64,000 bases of DNA from Candidatus Marinacidobacterales bacterium (GTDB taxonomy: Bacteria; Acidobacteriota; Vicinamibacteria; Marinacidobacterales; DATDRI01), in assembly GCA_965219415.1 (NCBI GenBank), contig CBDCNP010000002.1, positions 320,001 to 384,000 of the forward strand. Direction: 5' to 3'. This document shows, piece after piece, positions 1 to 9,335 of this stretch. Position 1 is the stretch's first letter, and each line of letters starts with the position of its first letter. The position numbers and the translations under genes are program-made. The notes below the pieces were generated by a model. The model saw nothing but the letters and a program-made list of their open reading frames with translations, searched no databases and was not told where the DNA came from.

Positions 1-1
1 A

Positions 2-1111
2 ATCAAGTGCCACAAACTCGAGAAGCTCCGGATGAGACGGCGGATTCCCGCTTCCAAAGGCATCCACCGGCTCCACCAGTCCCTGCCCGAATAGCACGCC
101 CCAGATTCGGTTGACCAACGCGGGACTGAAGTAAGGGTTTGCCGGTTGCACCAACCAGTCGGCGAACGCTAGCCGCGGATTGCCCCTCGGAACGCTACCG
201 TCGAGTAGCATCGGGCGAAAAACCCTGGTCTCCTCTCCCTCAGACAACTTAATCTCAGCAGGATTCTGATCCACGAGTCGCAGTGTCTTGCGCACCGCGG
301 TCACGGGCGCCATCATGTCTTCCTGCAGCTCCCGCTTCGTCATCCGTGAGACCTGCCCACCCTGATTCTTCTCCTCCTCCAGGCGCTGCCGCTCGTCACG
401 AGCATCCCGTCGGATCCTTCGGTCGGTTCGGTTGGGACGGTCACGTCCGATTCCGGCGAACGACGCGGAGAAACCATAGAACTCCTCCTGGGTCCAAGTT
501 TCATACGGGTGGTTGTGACAGCGGGCGCAACCCAACTGCAACCCAAGGAAGTTGGCCGCCACCGACTCCGCGGTGTCCTCTGGCTTCATCTCGAAACTGA
601 GAAGGAAGTTGACCGCTCCGTTGTCGACCGGGTTTCCAGTCGCGGTGATGAGCTCACGGACTATCTCGTCGTAAGTCGTTCCCGCGGCCAGGCTCGACGT
701 CAACCAGCTCGCTAGACGGTCCCGGTCAACGTAACGCGGCAAACGGCCTCTACCCAGTAGCACCGTCGACCAATAACGCCCCCAATGGGATGCGAACTCA
801 GAGCTGTCCAGGAGCTCGTCCACCAAAACTGCCGTCTTGTCGGGAGCGGTGTTGTCCAGAAAACGCCGTACTTCGTCGGACCGAGGGACCCTTCCGATCA
901 AATCTAGGTATAGCCGGCGAACGAGCTCAGCATCTTCAGCCGCCACCGCCGGCTGGACCGAGGACTCCCGCCAACCGGCCTCGATGTACGCATCTATCGT
1001 GCTCGAAACATCAGCGATTCCGGCCTTCCCCTCAGTGCCATGCGCCGACGCGCAGAGCCAACCGGCAAGCGAGAAGGCTAACGTAGCGATCTGAATGGAT
1101 CCCCTCCCCAT
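2..1111 (-). CDS. DUF1549/DUF1553 (PSCyt2/PSD1) domain protein, runs off the window edge
   Basis: Manual translation, not in the ORF track. GGAGG RBS then ATG at 1111, signal peptide, then LVRRLYLDLIGRVP, FLGLQLGCARCHNHPYETWTQEEFY and NPYFSPALVNRIWGVLFGQGLVEPVD...NPPSHPELL. Confidence 0.9.
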   Translation of the reverse strand, partial: MGRGSIQIATLAFSLAGWLCASAHGTEGKAGIADVSSTIDAYIEAGWRESSVQPAVAAEDAELVRRLYLDLIGRVPRSDEVRRFLDNTAPDKTAVLVDELLDSSEFASHWGRYWSTVLLGRGRLPRYVDRDRLASWLTSSLAAGTTYDEIVRELITATGNPVDNGAVNFLLSFEMKPEDTAESVAANFLGLQLGCARCHNHPYETWTQEEFYGFSASFAGIGRDRPNRTDRRIRRDARDERQRLEEEKNQGGQVSRMTKRELQEDMMAPVTAVRKTLRLVDQNPAEIKLSEGEETRVFRPMLLDGSVPRGNPRLAFADWLVQPANPYFSPALVNRIWGVLFGQGLVEPVDAFGSGNPPSHPELLEFVALD

Positions 1112-1217
1112 TGGTCCTCCGATTCTCGAATTCTTGGGCCTCACTGAGTGAGACCGTAGAACCTTCCTGCGGGTTTAATTGTTCTCGGGAACTTGCGAAG
1201 CGAAGAGTGCTCTGTCT

Positions 1218-2132
1218 ATGATGCGCCACGACATGGGATTCTGTACGTCCGCAGCTGTAATCGTCGCCCTGGCGGTCGCACCACAACGCCCGGACGCCCG
1301 GCGGTTCATCCAAAAGGTCATGGCCAACCAAGAGGCCAAGCAGCAGCTACAGCGGCAGTACGCTTACCGAGAGACCATCACCACCGAATACCTACGCAAG
1401 GACGGATCGGTCGACGAGATCAAGAGCGAGGCCTTTCAAGTAACCCCGTCACCCGACGGCGAGTACCGCCGTTTGGTCGAGAAAGATGGCCACTCTCTTC
1501 CGTCCGAAAAAGAAAAGAAGGAGGAGGAGAAATTCCAAAAGTACCTCAATAAGCAACTCAAGCTTTCCTCCGAAAAACGTGAGCGAAATACAAAGGAGAA
1601 ATTGGCCGGCCGCGTCAGCCGCTTTCAGACTCGCCTACGGGAAGCCCTGGAGGTTTACGAGTTCACTGAGCTCCCTGTCGTGAGGATAGAGGGTAACCGC
1701 ATACGCTGCTTCGAATTCTCCCCGCGGACCGGCTACAAGCCGCATTCCAAAGGCACGAAGATGCTCGATCGACTCCAGGGGACGGTATGGATCGATCCGA
1801 AGCAAGCACAGATCGTCAAGCTTCACATCATCTTCCGAAAGGACATGAAGTTTTTCTTGGGCCTGTTCGGAAGAATATCCAAGGGCTCGGAAGCGGTCGC
1901 GGCGCAGCTGCAAGCGGAAGACGGCCTCTGGCTGCTCGAGAACATCACCGCCTCCTTGGAGGCGCGGTTTTACTTTTTCAAGAAGTACCGACGAAGGATT
2001 ATCTACTCCTACTCCGACTATCAGAAGTACACCGTCGAGACGGATGAAGGTGACTTTCGGAAGGTGCCCGGCTCAACCGGCGTCCTGCCGCGTCAGATAA
2101 TGGCAACCAACGTGTATTGGACGCCCGAGTAG
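1218..2132 (+). CDS. secreted hypothetical protein (Acidobacteria-type, beta-rich)
   Basis: Long ORF with an N-terminal hydrophobic segment, YAYRETIT and LQGTVWIDP motifs. Start could be 1218 or 1233. Confidence 0.7.
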   Translation: MMRHDMGFCTSAAVIVALAVAPQRPDARRFIQKVMANQEAKQQLQRQYAYRETITTEYLRKDGSVDEIKSEAFQVTPSPDGEYRRLVEKDGHSLPSEKEKKEEEKFQKYLNKQLKLSSEKRERNTKEKLAGRVSRFQTRLREALEVYEFTELPVVRIEGNRIRCFEFSPRTGYKPHSKGTKMLDRLQGTVWIDPKQAQIVKLHIIFRKDMKFFLGLFGRISKGSEAVAAQLQAEDGLWLLENITASLEARFYFFKKYRRRIIYSYSDYQKYTVETDEGDFRKVPGSTGVLPRQIMATNVYWTPE

Positions 2133-2152
2133 GATCAGCCTGGCCAAACCGA

Positions 2153-3694
2153 CTAAGGGCGTCGAGCCTTCTTTCCAATCACAACCAAGAACATGACACT
2201 CTTCCCGCTGGCGTGGGGGGAGAAGAACCGCGTCACATCGTCGTCGAAAAAAGTGAGCCCGGTAGCACCGAGCTGTTGTGCGTAAGCCATGAGATAGACC
2301 TTTCCTCCGAGGACACCACCCTCGAACTGGGCGGCTCGATAGCCACGGTTTCCAAACCTCGCTAGAACGCGCTCCAAATCGCACATGGCGTAGATATTCA
2401 CGCTCGCATCCGCGGCCAGCTCTTGCCCGAGGTCGAGCCGGCCGGCCTCACGACGGAAATCTCCCTCCGCGAGCTGGTCGAGCGCTCTGCGCCCTCGGTC
2501 GTAGAAATAAGCTCCCGACGGCAAACCGTCGACCGCGTTCACGATGAGGTACAGATCGTTGAGGGACGTCCCGAAGGGTTCTAAGAAGTCGGCGGGTATC
2601 CCCCAGGTTGTGCGGTCGAGGATCGTCGAAAGCTGACCGAAGGAAATGGGAACACGAGCGAACCGCCGGGTCGAACCGCGCCGGCGAATCACTTCCTCCA
2701 GCGGGTCACCGGTGGTGATGGGAAGTAAGTCCTTGGACGCCAGAGGAAAAGTGGAGGCCCCAGGCTCGGGCTCCTTTCGCTCCGGTGGAGTGCCCCTCCA
2801 AGCCACCACGTCCTTCGCGTTTTCAAGAAAGGACGCCCGGTGCATCTCTCGGATCTCGGGGTAGTCGACTTCCGCCGGCGAAAGCGGCACGGTCTCGTAG
2901 TCCAGGGACTCAGCTGGACAGGGAGCAGCAGAAGGAGACGCCGAAGATGTCTTTCCTAGGGCCACCATTCCCAAAGTTGCCTCCCGGTCAGGACTCACGT
3001 CGAGAAGTTTGTTGATCGGGTCGTCTTCGAAACCCAAGACGACGCGAGACGGAAGTCCGATGCCCGCCGCCATAGCCAGGAGGTTTGCCATCAAAGTTCC
3101 GCTGTCCCAAAACGAGTGTCGATACGCCCGCTGTCGGTACTTCCAGGAGTTTCGCCAGAACGTACTCGTAAAGAGAATCACCGCTGGCGCAGACGCTATC
3201 GCCGGCTCGTCGGCGCTTGCCCCTACCAGGACCGATCTCCAATCGCCGGCTCGCAATTGTCGGAGGCCGAAATCCGAAGGATCGAAATGGTACACACCAG
3301 CTTCTAGCCCCGGGAGATCTCCGCAAACCAGGTACAGTTCGATGTGATAGAGCGCCCCAGTGCACGCCGCGGCGCGAAAAAGAATCTGTCCGCCAGGATG
3401 CGCTCGAACCCGCGTAATCCCGGCGGAGTAATAGAGGATTCGAGCCAGTTCTGCCACATCGGGCAGCCTTTCGACCTCTGACTCAATCTCTCCCACCGCC
3501 AAGGCGGCGAAGGCCGAAACCGATGACGTCTCCCGCTCACTCGGTAGCGGCAACGGCTCTAGATCGCGGTAGAGTTTGAAAGGTAGCGGTTGGTTCGGCC
3601 AATCGAGAAAGTGAGGGGTTGAGTGAAGGCTGGCGTCGGAATGTTTCGTATCGTCGTGGTAGGTTCTGGCCGCGCTTGTGTCGCCATTAACCAT
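2153..3694 (-). CDS. SagB/ThcOx-family FMN nitroreductase with two tandem domains
   Basis: YHDDTKHS, LDWPNQPLPFKLY, RAAACTGALY, WKYRQRAYRH, RRRGSTRRF and GATGLTFFDDDV. The ORF-track extension to 4261 is antisense to cofE. Confidence 0.85.
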   Translation of the reverse strand: MVNGDTSAARTYHDDTKHSDASLHSTPHFLDWPNQPLPFKLYRDLEPLPLPSERETSSVSAFAALAVGEIESEVERLPDVAELARILYYSAGITRVRAHPGGQILFRAAACTGALYHIELYLVCGDLPGLEAGVYHFDPSDFGLRQLRAGDWRSVLVGASADEPAIASAPAVILFTSTFWRNSWKYRQRAYRHSFWDSGTLMANLLAMAAGIGLPSRVVLGFEDDPINKLLDVSPDREATLGMVALGKTSSASPSAAPCPAESLDYETVPLSPAEVDYPEIREMHRASFLENAKDVVAWRGTPPERKEPEPGASTFPLASKDLLPITTGDPLEEVIRRRGSTRRFARVPISFGQLSTILDRTTWGIPADFLEPFGTSLNDLYLIVNAVDGLPSGAYFYDRGRRALDQLAEGDFRREAGRLDLGQELAADASVNIYAMCDLERVLARFGNRGYRAAQFEGGVLGGKVYLMAYAQQLGATGLTFFDDDVTRFFSPHASGKSVMFLVVIGKKARRP

Positions 3695-3734
3695 GCCCGC
3701 GATAGTAGCACGGCTGTGAGATAATACCGCGCTC

Positions 3735-4493
3735 ATGGCCAAGGTACCCGAGCTTCGCATCATTGCGCTCACCGGCCTGCCCGAGGTGACGCCCACCAGC
3801 GACCTCGTGGGGCTCGTCATCGAAGCCGCGGAACGCCAAGACCTCCGTATCGTTGACGGCGACATCCTCGTATTCACGCAGAAAGTCGTTTCGAAAGCGG
3901 AGGGGCGACTGGTTCGACTCTCCGAAGTAGAGCCCTCCAATCTGGCCGAGGCTTTCGCGCGAGACGGAAACAAGGACCCTCGTTCGGTGGAAGTCGTATT
4001 GGGCGAGGCGCGACGTGTAGTCAAGATGGATCGCGGCGTACTCATCACCGAAACTCGGCACGGACTGGTCTGTGCCCATGCTGGCGTTGATGCCTCGAAC
4101 GTGCCCGACCTCGACGCGGTCGTTCTTCTGCCGGAGGATCCCGACCGATCGGCGGCGGGTTTGAGATCTTCGGTCCGAGAGCGGGCCAACGTCGACGTCG
4201 CGGTCATCGTCTCAGATACTTTCGGAAGACCCTGGCGAGAGGGATTGACCAACGTCGCCATCGGCGTGGACGGGATATCCCCCTTGGTCGACTACCGGGG
4301 CCAACATGATCCACAAGGCAGATCGCTCAACGCAACCGTTATTGCGATCGCCGATGAACTGGCGTCGGCGGCCGAGCTCGTAATGGGTAAACTGGATCGC
4401 ATCCCGGTTGCGCTGATCCGGGGCTATTCGTACGAAACAGACGGCAAGGGTACGGATCTAGTTAGACCAGCGGACAAGGATCTGTTTAGATAA
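3735..4493 (+). CDS. cofE: coenzyme F420-0:L-glutamate ligase
   Basis: GLPEV, QKVVSKAEGR, CAHAGVDASN, LLPEDPDRSA, DTFGRPWREG and ADELASAAELVMGK. No fused nitroreductase domain. Confidence 0.95.
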   Translation: MAKVPELRIIALTGLPEVTPTSDLVGLVIEAAERQDLRIVDGDILVFTQKVVSKAEGRLVRLSEVEPSNLAEAFARDGNKDPRSVEVVLGEARRVVKMDRGVLITETRHGLVCAHAGVDASNVPDLDAVVLLPEDPDRSAAGLRSSVRERANVDVAVIVSDTFGRPWREGLTNVAIGVDGISPLVDYRGQHDPQGRSLNATVIAIADELASAAELVMGKLDRIPVALIRGYSYETDGKGTDLVRPADKDLFR

Positions 4494-4506
4494 TCCGGAG
4501 GATTCC

Positions 4507-5136
4507 TTGAAGATTGCAATACTCGGCGGCACAGGTAAAGAGGGGAAGGGCTTGGCACTTCGCTGGGCAAAAGGTGGCGAAGAGGTTTTGATCGGTTCGC
4601 GAGAGCAGAGCAAAGCCGAGAGGATCGCCGAAGAATTGAACGAGCGGTACGGCAAAGAGGTTTTCCGAGGCTTCGACAACCGCACCTCTGCTGCCGAAGC
4701 GGAAGTGGTGGTGTCCACCCTTCCCCATCAAGGACATAGAGATATTTTGGAGAACATCCGGCCAGAGCTCGAAGGTAAGCTGCTCATGGTGGCGACGGTC
4801 ATCTGGCCCCCCGGTCCCGTGGATCGCCCATCGGCCGCCGAAGAGGCACAGGCTGCGGCCGGAGACCAGGTCCGCGTGGTAGCCGCTTTTCAGACCGTCT
4901 CGGCGCTGGCGTTGCAAGCGATCGACGAGGAGATGGAAGAAGACGTGTTGGTTTGTGGGGAGGGCGAGGCCGGAGAAGAGGCCATCCAGTGCATGAGCAA
5001 GGCCGGTCTTCACGGAATCAAAGCTGGTCCTCTCAAACACGCCCGTATCGTCGAGGCGATCACCGCCTTGATGCTAAAGATCAACAAGGGCTACGGTGTG
5101 AAATCCGCAGGAATCAAGATCACCGGCCTGCCATGA
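4507..5136 (+). CDS. npdG: NADPH-dependent F420 reductase (Fno)
   Basis: MKIAILGGTGKEGKGLALRWA, IGSR, SAAEE, VVAAFQTVSA and AGIKITG; follows cofE directly. Confidence 0.9.
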   Translation: MKIAILGGTGKEGKGLALRWAKGGEEVLIGSREQSKAERIAEELNERYGKEVFRGFDNRTSAAEAEVVVSTLPHQGHRDILENIRPELEGKLLMVATVIWPPGPVDRPSAAEEAQAAAGDQVRVVAAFQTVSALALQAIDEEMEEDVLVCGEGEAGEEAIQCMSKAGLHGIKAGPLKHARIVEAITALMLKINKGYGVKSAGIKITGLP

Positions 5137-5261
5137 TCCAGTCGTGGCGTGGTCCGAGCGCAGCCTTGAGCCGACGCGTAGTCGCGAAGGCGACGAAGCA
5201 TCGAAGGCTTGGGGGTGGGGCCCCAAGCCACAATTCAAAGCTCGAGGGCCAGCCGTGTTGG

Positions 5262-5426
5262 CCGCCAGATTGCGCGGTTACTTCGACAGGAGCTAGCCAG
5301 GCGGGTACTCAAGTTCGCGCTTGCCGTCAAAATACGTTGTTGCCAATCTGGAGCTAGTCAGACGGGGCTTTCCGATCGTGGTGACCGTCAAACGACGTTG
5401 TGCCATCGAACAAGGTGGCCAGACGG
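5262..5426. repeat. three degenerate ~42-bp units at 61-62 bp period
   Basis: Units start at 5262, 5324 and 5385. Each begins CCGYCA and ends CAGRCGG. Confidence 0.55.
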
Positions 5427-5452
5427 CGGTGGGGCCCCGCGCGCAGTAAGCT

Positions 5453-6433
5453 ATGCCCTCCCTCATGCCTTCTTTAAACTTCGAGCTCATCCAAAGCGTG
5501 CGGCCCGACGTCGAGACACGGGCGCGGCGCACGCCCTTCGACCCGTCTCCGGCCTTATCCCGCGCCTCGGACCGCGAGGTCTACCTGAAGTGCGAGAACC
5601 TCCAACGCACGAACTCCTTCAAGATTCGGGGCGCCACCGCGAAAATGACGTCTCTCACCGACGAGGAAAAGCAACGTGGTGTGATGGCCGCGTCAGCCGG
5701 CAACCATGGGCGAGGAGTGGCCTTGATTGCGCAGGAGATGGAGATCGGCGCGACGATCTACGTTCCCTCCGCCATTCCCGACATCAAACGCGAAGCCATC
5801 GAGAGCTACGGGGCCAAAGTAATTGTGAGCGAAAGCGAAGGTTACGACGGTACCGAATCGGAAGCCATCGCGGCCTGTAAGCGCGAAGGCAGAACCTGGG
5901 TCTCTCCATATGACGACCCTATCGTGATCGCCGGCGCCGGAACCACCGGCTGTGAGATTTTCGAACAGGTCGACACCTTGGATGCGCTGCTCATACCGGT
6001 AGGCGGCGGGCTTGCGGTAGGGGTCTCGGTTGCGGCGCGGAAAATGTCGCCCTCGACGCGCATCATCGGAGTGAATACCTCCGCCTCCCCGGGTCTCTTC
6101 CTCTCGCGCAAGGAGGGAAAGCCCCGACTCACCCTCGATTCAGAACCGACAATCGCCGAAGGCCTCGAGGGCGGTATCTCCCAGGCGGCCTTCGAGCTCA
6201 CCACCAAGTACATCGACGACGTTCTCGTGGCGGAGGAAGCCTCTCTTCCCCGCGCCATCGCGGAAACGCTTAGGGCACACCATTTCGCGATTGAGGGCTC
6301 CGCGGCGGTAGTGGTAGCGGCATTACTCGATGGTCTGGTGGAATCGAAGTACCGACGCGTCGGGCTATTGCTAAGCGGCGGCAACATCGACTACGCGAGG
6401 CTCAGACAGATCGTTCAAGAACACGCGTTGTAG
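5453..6433 (+). CDS. PLP-dependent threonine/serine dehydratase
   Basis: LKCENLQRTNSFKIRGA, ASAGNHG, PVGGG and SGGNID; no ACT domain. Confidence 0.9.
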   Translation: MPSLMPSLNFELIQSVRPDVETRARRTPFDPSPALSRASDREVYLKCENLQRTNSFKIRGATAKMTSLTDEEKQRGVMAASAGNHGRGVALIAQEMEIGATIYVPSAIPDIKREAIESYGAKVIVSESEGYDGTESEAIAACKREGRTWVSPYDDPIVIAGAGTTGCEIFEQVDTLDALLIPVGGGLAVGVSVAARKMSPSTRIIGVNTSASPGLFLSRKEGKPRLTLDSEPTIAEGLEGGISQAAFELTTKYIDDVLVAEEASLPRAIAETLRAHHFAIEGSAAVVVAALLDGLVESKYRRVGLLLSGGNIDYARLRQIVQEHAL

Positions 6434-6470
6434 GAAGAGAGCTCGGGCTGCGCCGAAATTCGCGGGCAGT

Positions 6471-6926
6471 TCAGGAAGAAAAGGTGTGGTGAGGTCCCGA
6501 CTTATACGCCGGCTCCTCGACATTCCGGGTATCGGCCGGCCCTTGTATAGGGTTTTTGCGCGCACCGTATCCCAATAGATCGATGACCAGAGTCATCATC
6601 ACAATCTTTTGGATGAGCTCTTTCTCCGACTGATCTTGCCCCACGAAGACTAGTCCTAGACCGGCGGGGATCACCTTGTGATGCCCCTTGATCTCGCCGC
6701 TGCAGCGAGCGACAACCGCCTGTAACGGTGGGGTCGCAGGGCCACCGGGAATATCCAGCTCAAGATGAACCTTCTTCTCGCCCTTCTGCAAAGCCAGATC
6801 GGTGGCAATGAAGGCACCGGCATTGTTGAGGTCGACCAAGTGCCCCTCCACGAGTTTTCCACCCGCGAGGATGCGGACCTTGATCTCCCCTTCTGTGCGA
6901 ACCCTAGGCTGACGGCGTCGATCCAT
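6471..6926 (-). CDS. stand-alone PilZ domain protein
   Basis: RRQPR (RxxxR), DLNNAGAFI and GLGLVF. Confidence 0.8.
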   Translation of the reverse strand: MDRRRQPRVRTEGEIKVRILAGGKLVEGHLVDLNNAGAFIATDLALQKGEKKVHLELDIPGGPATPPLQAVVARCSGEIKGHHKVIPAGLGLVFVGQDQSEKELIQKIVMMTLVIDLLGYGARKNPIQGPADTRNVEEPAYKSGPHHTFSS

Positions 6927-6955
6927 ACGAGACTCCTTTGGCCGATGTTCTACAG

Positions 6956-6971
6956 TGCAAAACCTGTTCCC
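6956..6971 (-). promoter_or_regulatory. putative sigma-54 promoter
   Basis: GGGAACAGGTTTTGCA on the minus strand (GG-N10-GC), about 30 bp upstream of the PilZ gene. Confidence 0.45.
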
Positions 6972-7118
6972 ACCTGTGAGTTTGAATCGAGTCTCCTATC
7001 TCCATATGGAATCGACAGTTACACCACAGAGCCTCGGTCGCTAGTGTGGGATTCACACCGCACGGGGAGTAGAAAAGCACCCACCCCCGCGATAGTGGGG
7101 CATCCTCAACGGCTACAA

Positions 7119-8714
7119 CTATCGCCGGATCTCGCGGAGATACCCGTTGATCTCGGGCGCGTCCTCCGCTTGGGGAGCCAACTCTAGGTACCTCTCAAAG
7201 AAATCGGCGGCTCGCCGAGAGTGCCCGTTCCGGTAATAGAGGAGCCCAAGCTCGCGGTAGGGGTCCGCGAATCCGGGCGCGGCGCCGAGCGCAGCATCGT
7301 ATTCCGCAATAGCCCTCTCCACTCCGAGAGGCCCACGTTGATCGCGGTAGATGTTTCCAAGATAGAGATGAGAAACCGCGTCGTGGGGATCTTCTTCGAT
7401 GAGACGAAGGAACGCCGCTTCCGCGAGACGAGCCTCCTCCCGCTCGTAGTATCCGATGGCGTTGTGCCGGCGAGCTCCTCGGATCTTCTGGGAGTACCTT
7501 TCGCGGTTCCAATTCAGTGAAGCCCCGTCAACCCTTCCACGGTATCTCAAGTTGATTTCACGCGTAAGGTTGCTGATGCGAGCTCGGTGCGTCGAATGAT
7601 CGCTGAAGAGCCAGTTCGTGACGGCTTGCTGATCCCTCACATGCTCGTTGAATAGGTGCCAGACCTCCGGTGCCTGAAACGGGTCGTAGCCACTGTCGAA
7701 TACGTAGTGAAGGCCGATACGGTCCGCAGCGTCCTCTTGGTCCCGCCCATGCCCGTTGATGGCGGCGTCTAGCGCAAGCGTCGCCCCGACTTCGAGAAGG
7801 GCTCGCCCGAGCGAAACCTCCGCCGAATCTCCTTGGGTCTGTTCCATTCCCGCGCCGGCAACTGCCGCGCTGAGCGCCAACCACTGCATCCTCTGCGCCC
7901 GCCGGTACCCGCGGTAGCTATGCTTGTGAGTGATATGGGCGATCTCGTGCCCGAGTACGGTCGCGAGCTGCGCTTCGTTCTCGAGAACCACCAGGAGCCC
8001 GGTGTGCACCAAGACCGTTCCATCTGGCATGGCGAAGGCGTTGATGTCGGGATCGTCCACGATCCGGAAGCTGAATCGCACCTGCTCAGCTTTCGTCCAG
8101 TCCGGAACCAAACTCTGGCCCACCCGATTCACGTACTCCTGGAGGGCCGGCTCATCGTGGAACACGAGCTTCTCCTTGAGCTCCTCGATTTCATGGGACG
8201 CTAAGGCGAGAAAGTCGCGCTCTCCCGGCTCGAGGCCAGCCGCTCTCAGCTCGACGTGCTCTAGTTGGATGGAACCATCGTCCAGAAGCGTCCCAGCACC
8301 CCGGACGTGCATCCCGGGGGCCGCCACTTCGTTGAACCCCGGTGGCCAGTGCACAGTGCGACCACCGACTTCCGCGCTGCCGTCTCCACTCGCTTCGACC
8401 AAACCGTCGACTCGAAGCTCCTTGAATCGCTCGGTCTGGATTTCGAGCTTGCTAGCCCAGAGCTCGTTCCGTTTGGATTCTCCCTCGACGGCAACCTCCC
8501 AGCCGATACGAAGATGAGTGGGCTGAATGTCCGGATCGTTGAGGCGCTCTATGCGCGTGGTCGAAAGAAGGTGGACGTCTACCCCCTCCACTACGATGGT
8601 CGCTCCTCGGACGTCCCAAATGTAGCCATGAAGCTTCTCGGCTTCGGACGGCGTCGCGAAGACCGTGGAAGCGATCGCGAGCCAAACGGCTGTTGTTAAG
8701 AGTTTCAAGCTCAT
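7119..8714 (-). CDS. M48 metallopeptidase with N-terminal DUF5666-like repeats and C-terminal TPRs
   Basis: Signal peptide, INAFAMPDG, HEIAH (HExxH), EDAAD and TPR-like helices. Confidence 0.85.
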   Translation of the reverse strand: MSLKLLTTAVWLAIASTVFATPSEAEKLHGYIWDVRGATIVVEGVDVHLLSTTRIERLNDPDIQPTHLRIGWEVAVEGESKRNELWASKLEIQTERFKELRVDGLVEASGDGSAEVGGRTVHWPPGFNEVAAPGMHVRGAGTLLDDGSIQLEHVELRAAGLEPGERDFLALASHEIEELKEKLVFHDEPALQEYVNRVGQSLVPDWTKAEQVRFSFRIVDDPDINAFAMPDGTVLVHTGLLVVLENEAQLATVLGHEIAHITHKHSYRGYRRAQRMQWLALSAAVAGAGMEQTQGDSAEVSLGRALLEVGATLALDAAINGHGRDQEDAADRIGLHYVFDSGYDPFQAPEVWHLFNEHVRDQQAVTNWLFSDHSTHRARISNLTREINLRYRGRVDGASLNWNRERYSQKIRGARRHNAIGYYEREEARLAEAAFLRLIEEDPHDAVSHLYLGNIYRDQRGPLGVERAIAEYDAALGAAPGFADPYRELGLLYYRNGHSRRAADFFERYLELAPQAEDAPEINGYLREIRR

Positions 8715-8802
8715 TGGGAAGAGAACTTGACCGATGGTAGCACTGGCGGGAACACTCGCCAAGCCATGGCGTGAGAGAAAGCTCACTGAAGATGACAGAG
8801 GC

Positions 8803-8833
8803 AAAAAAAGAGGGAGCAAGTTGCTCCCTCTTT
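8803..8833 (-). terminator. Rho-independent terminator
   Basis: AAAGAGGGAGCAA/TTGCTCCCTCTTT stem with a T7 tract on the minus strand. Confidence 0.8.
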
Positions 8834-8873
8834 CTCTCTAGTCGTTGAGAAAAGTCGGCTGAATGAGCCGCGG

Positions 8874-9227
8874 TTAATTCGAATCGTCGTCGTCGGGCGT
8901 GGTAACCGACACCACCTTGATCGTGTTGGTCTCCTTGTCGAACTCTCCCGATATAACGATTTCTTGACCAAGGTTCTTCTTGGCGTCGTCTGCTTCGACA
9001 TCCAGAATGAAGTAAGCTTCTTTCGTTGCCAACGCCCACTTGGCGCCGCGCTTCACGCAGCTCTCCGCACAACCCTGATGTTCGGCCTTCGCAACCTTCG
9101 CATAATCCTTACCGCAATGCTCGTCCGCGATCCAGCCGTTCCAGGTGCCCTTCTCCTCGGATGCGCTGCCTAAGGCAACGAAACCGGACAGCAGCAAAAC
9201 AGATAGCGCCACGCTCGTCCACTTCAT
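8874..9227 (-). CDS. small secreted Cys/His-motif protein
   Basis: Signal peptide and GWIADEHCG...HQGCAESCVKRG. Confidence 0.75.
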   Translation of the reverse strand: MKWTSVALSVLLLSGFVALGSASEEKGTWNGWIADEHCGKDYAKVAKAEHQGCAESCVKRGAKWALATKEAYFILDVEADDAKKNLGQEIVISGEFDKETNTIKVVSVTTPDDDDSN

Positions 9228-9335
9228 GAGTTGTTACCTCCAGGAACCGGGCTCCAGCATACTCACGTCGTACCACCCTGTCAAGCAAAACCGGACTCTT
9301 GGATAAAGGGGATCACGGGAGCTAGTGCCCTGACA

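Noticed and set aside
2153-3694. RiPP (azole peptide) cluster suggested by SagB/ThcOx
   Set aside because: No YcaO, precursor peptide or exporter nearby.
5262-5426. CRISPR array (61-bp period)
   Set aside because: Units are too degenerate, linkers are only 19 bp, and there are no cas genes in the window.
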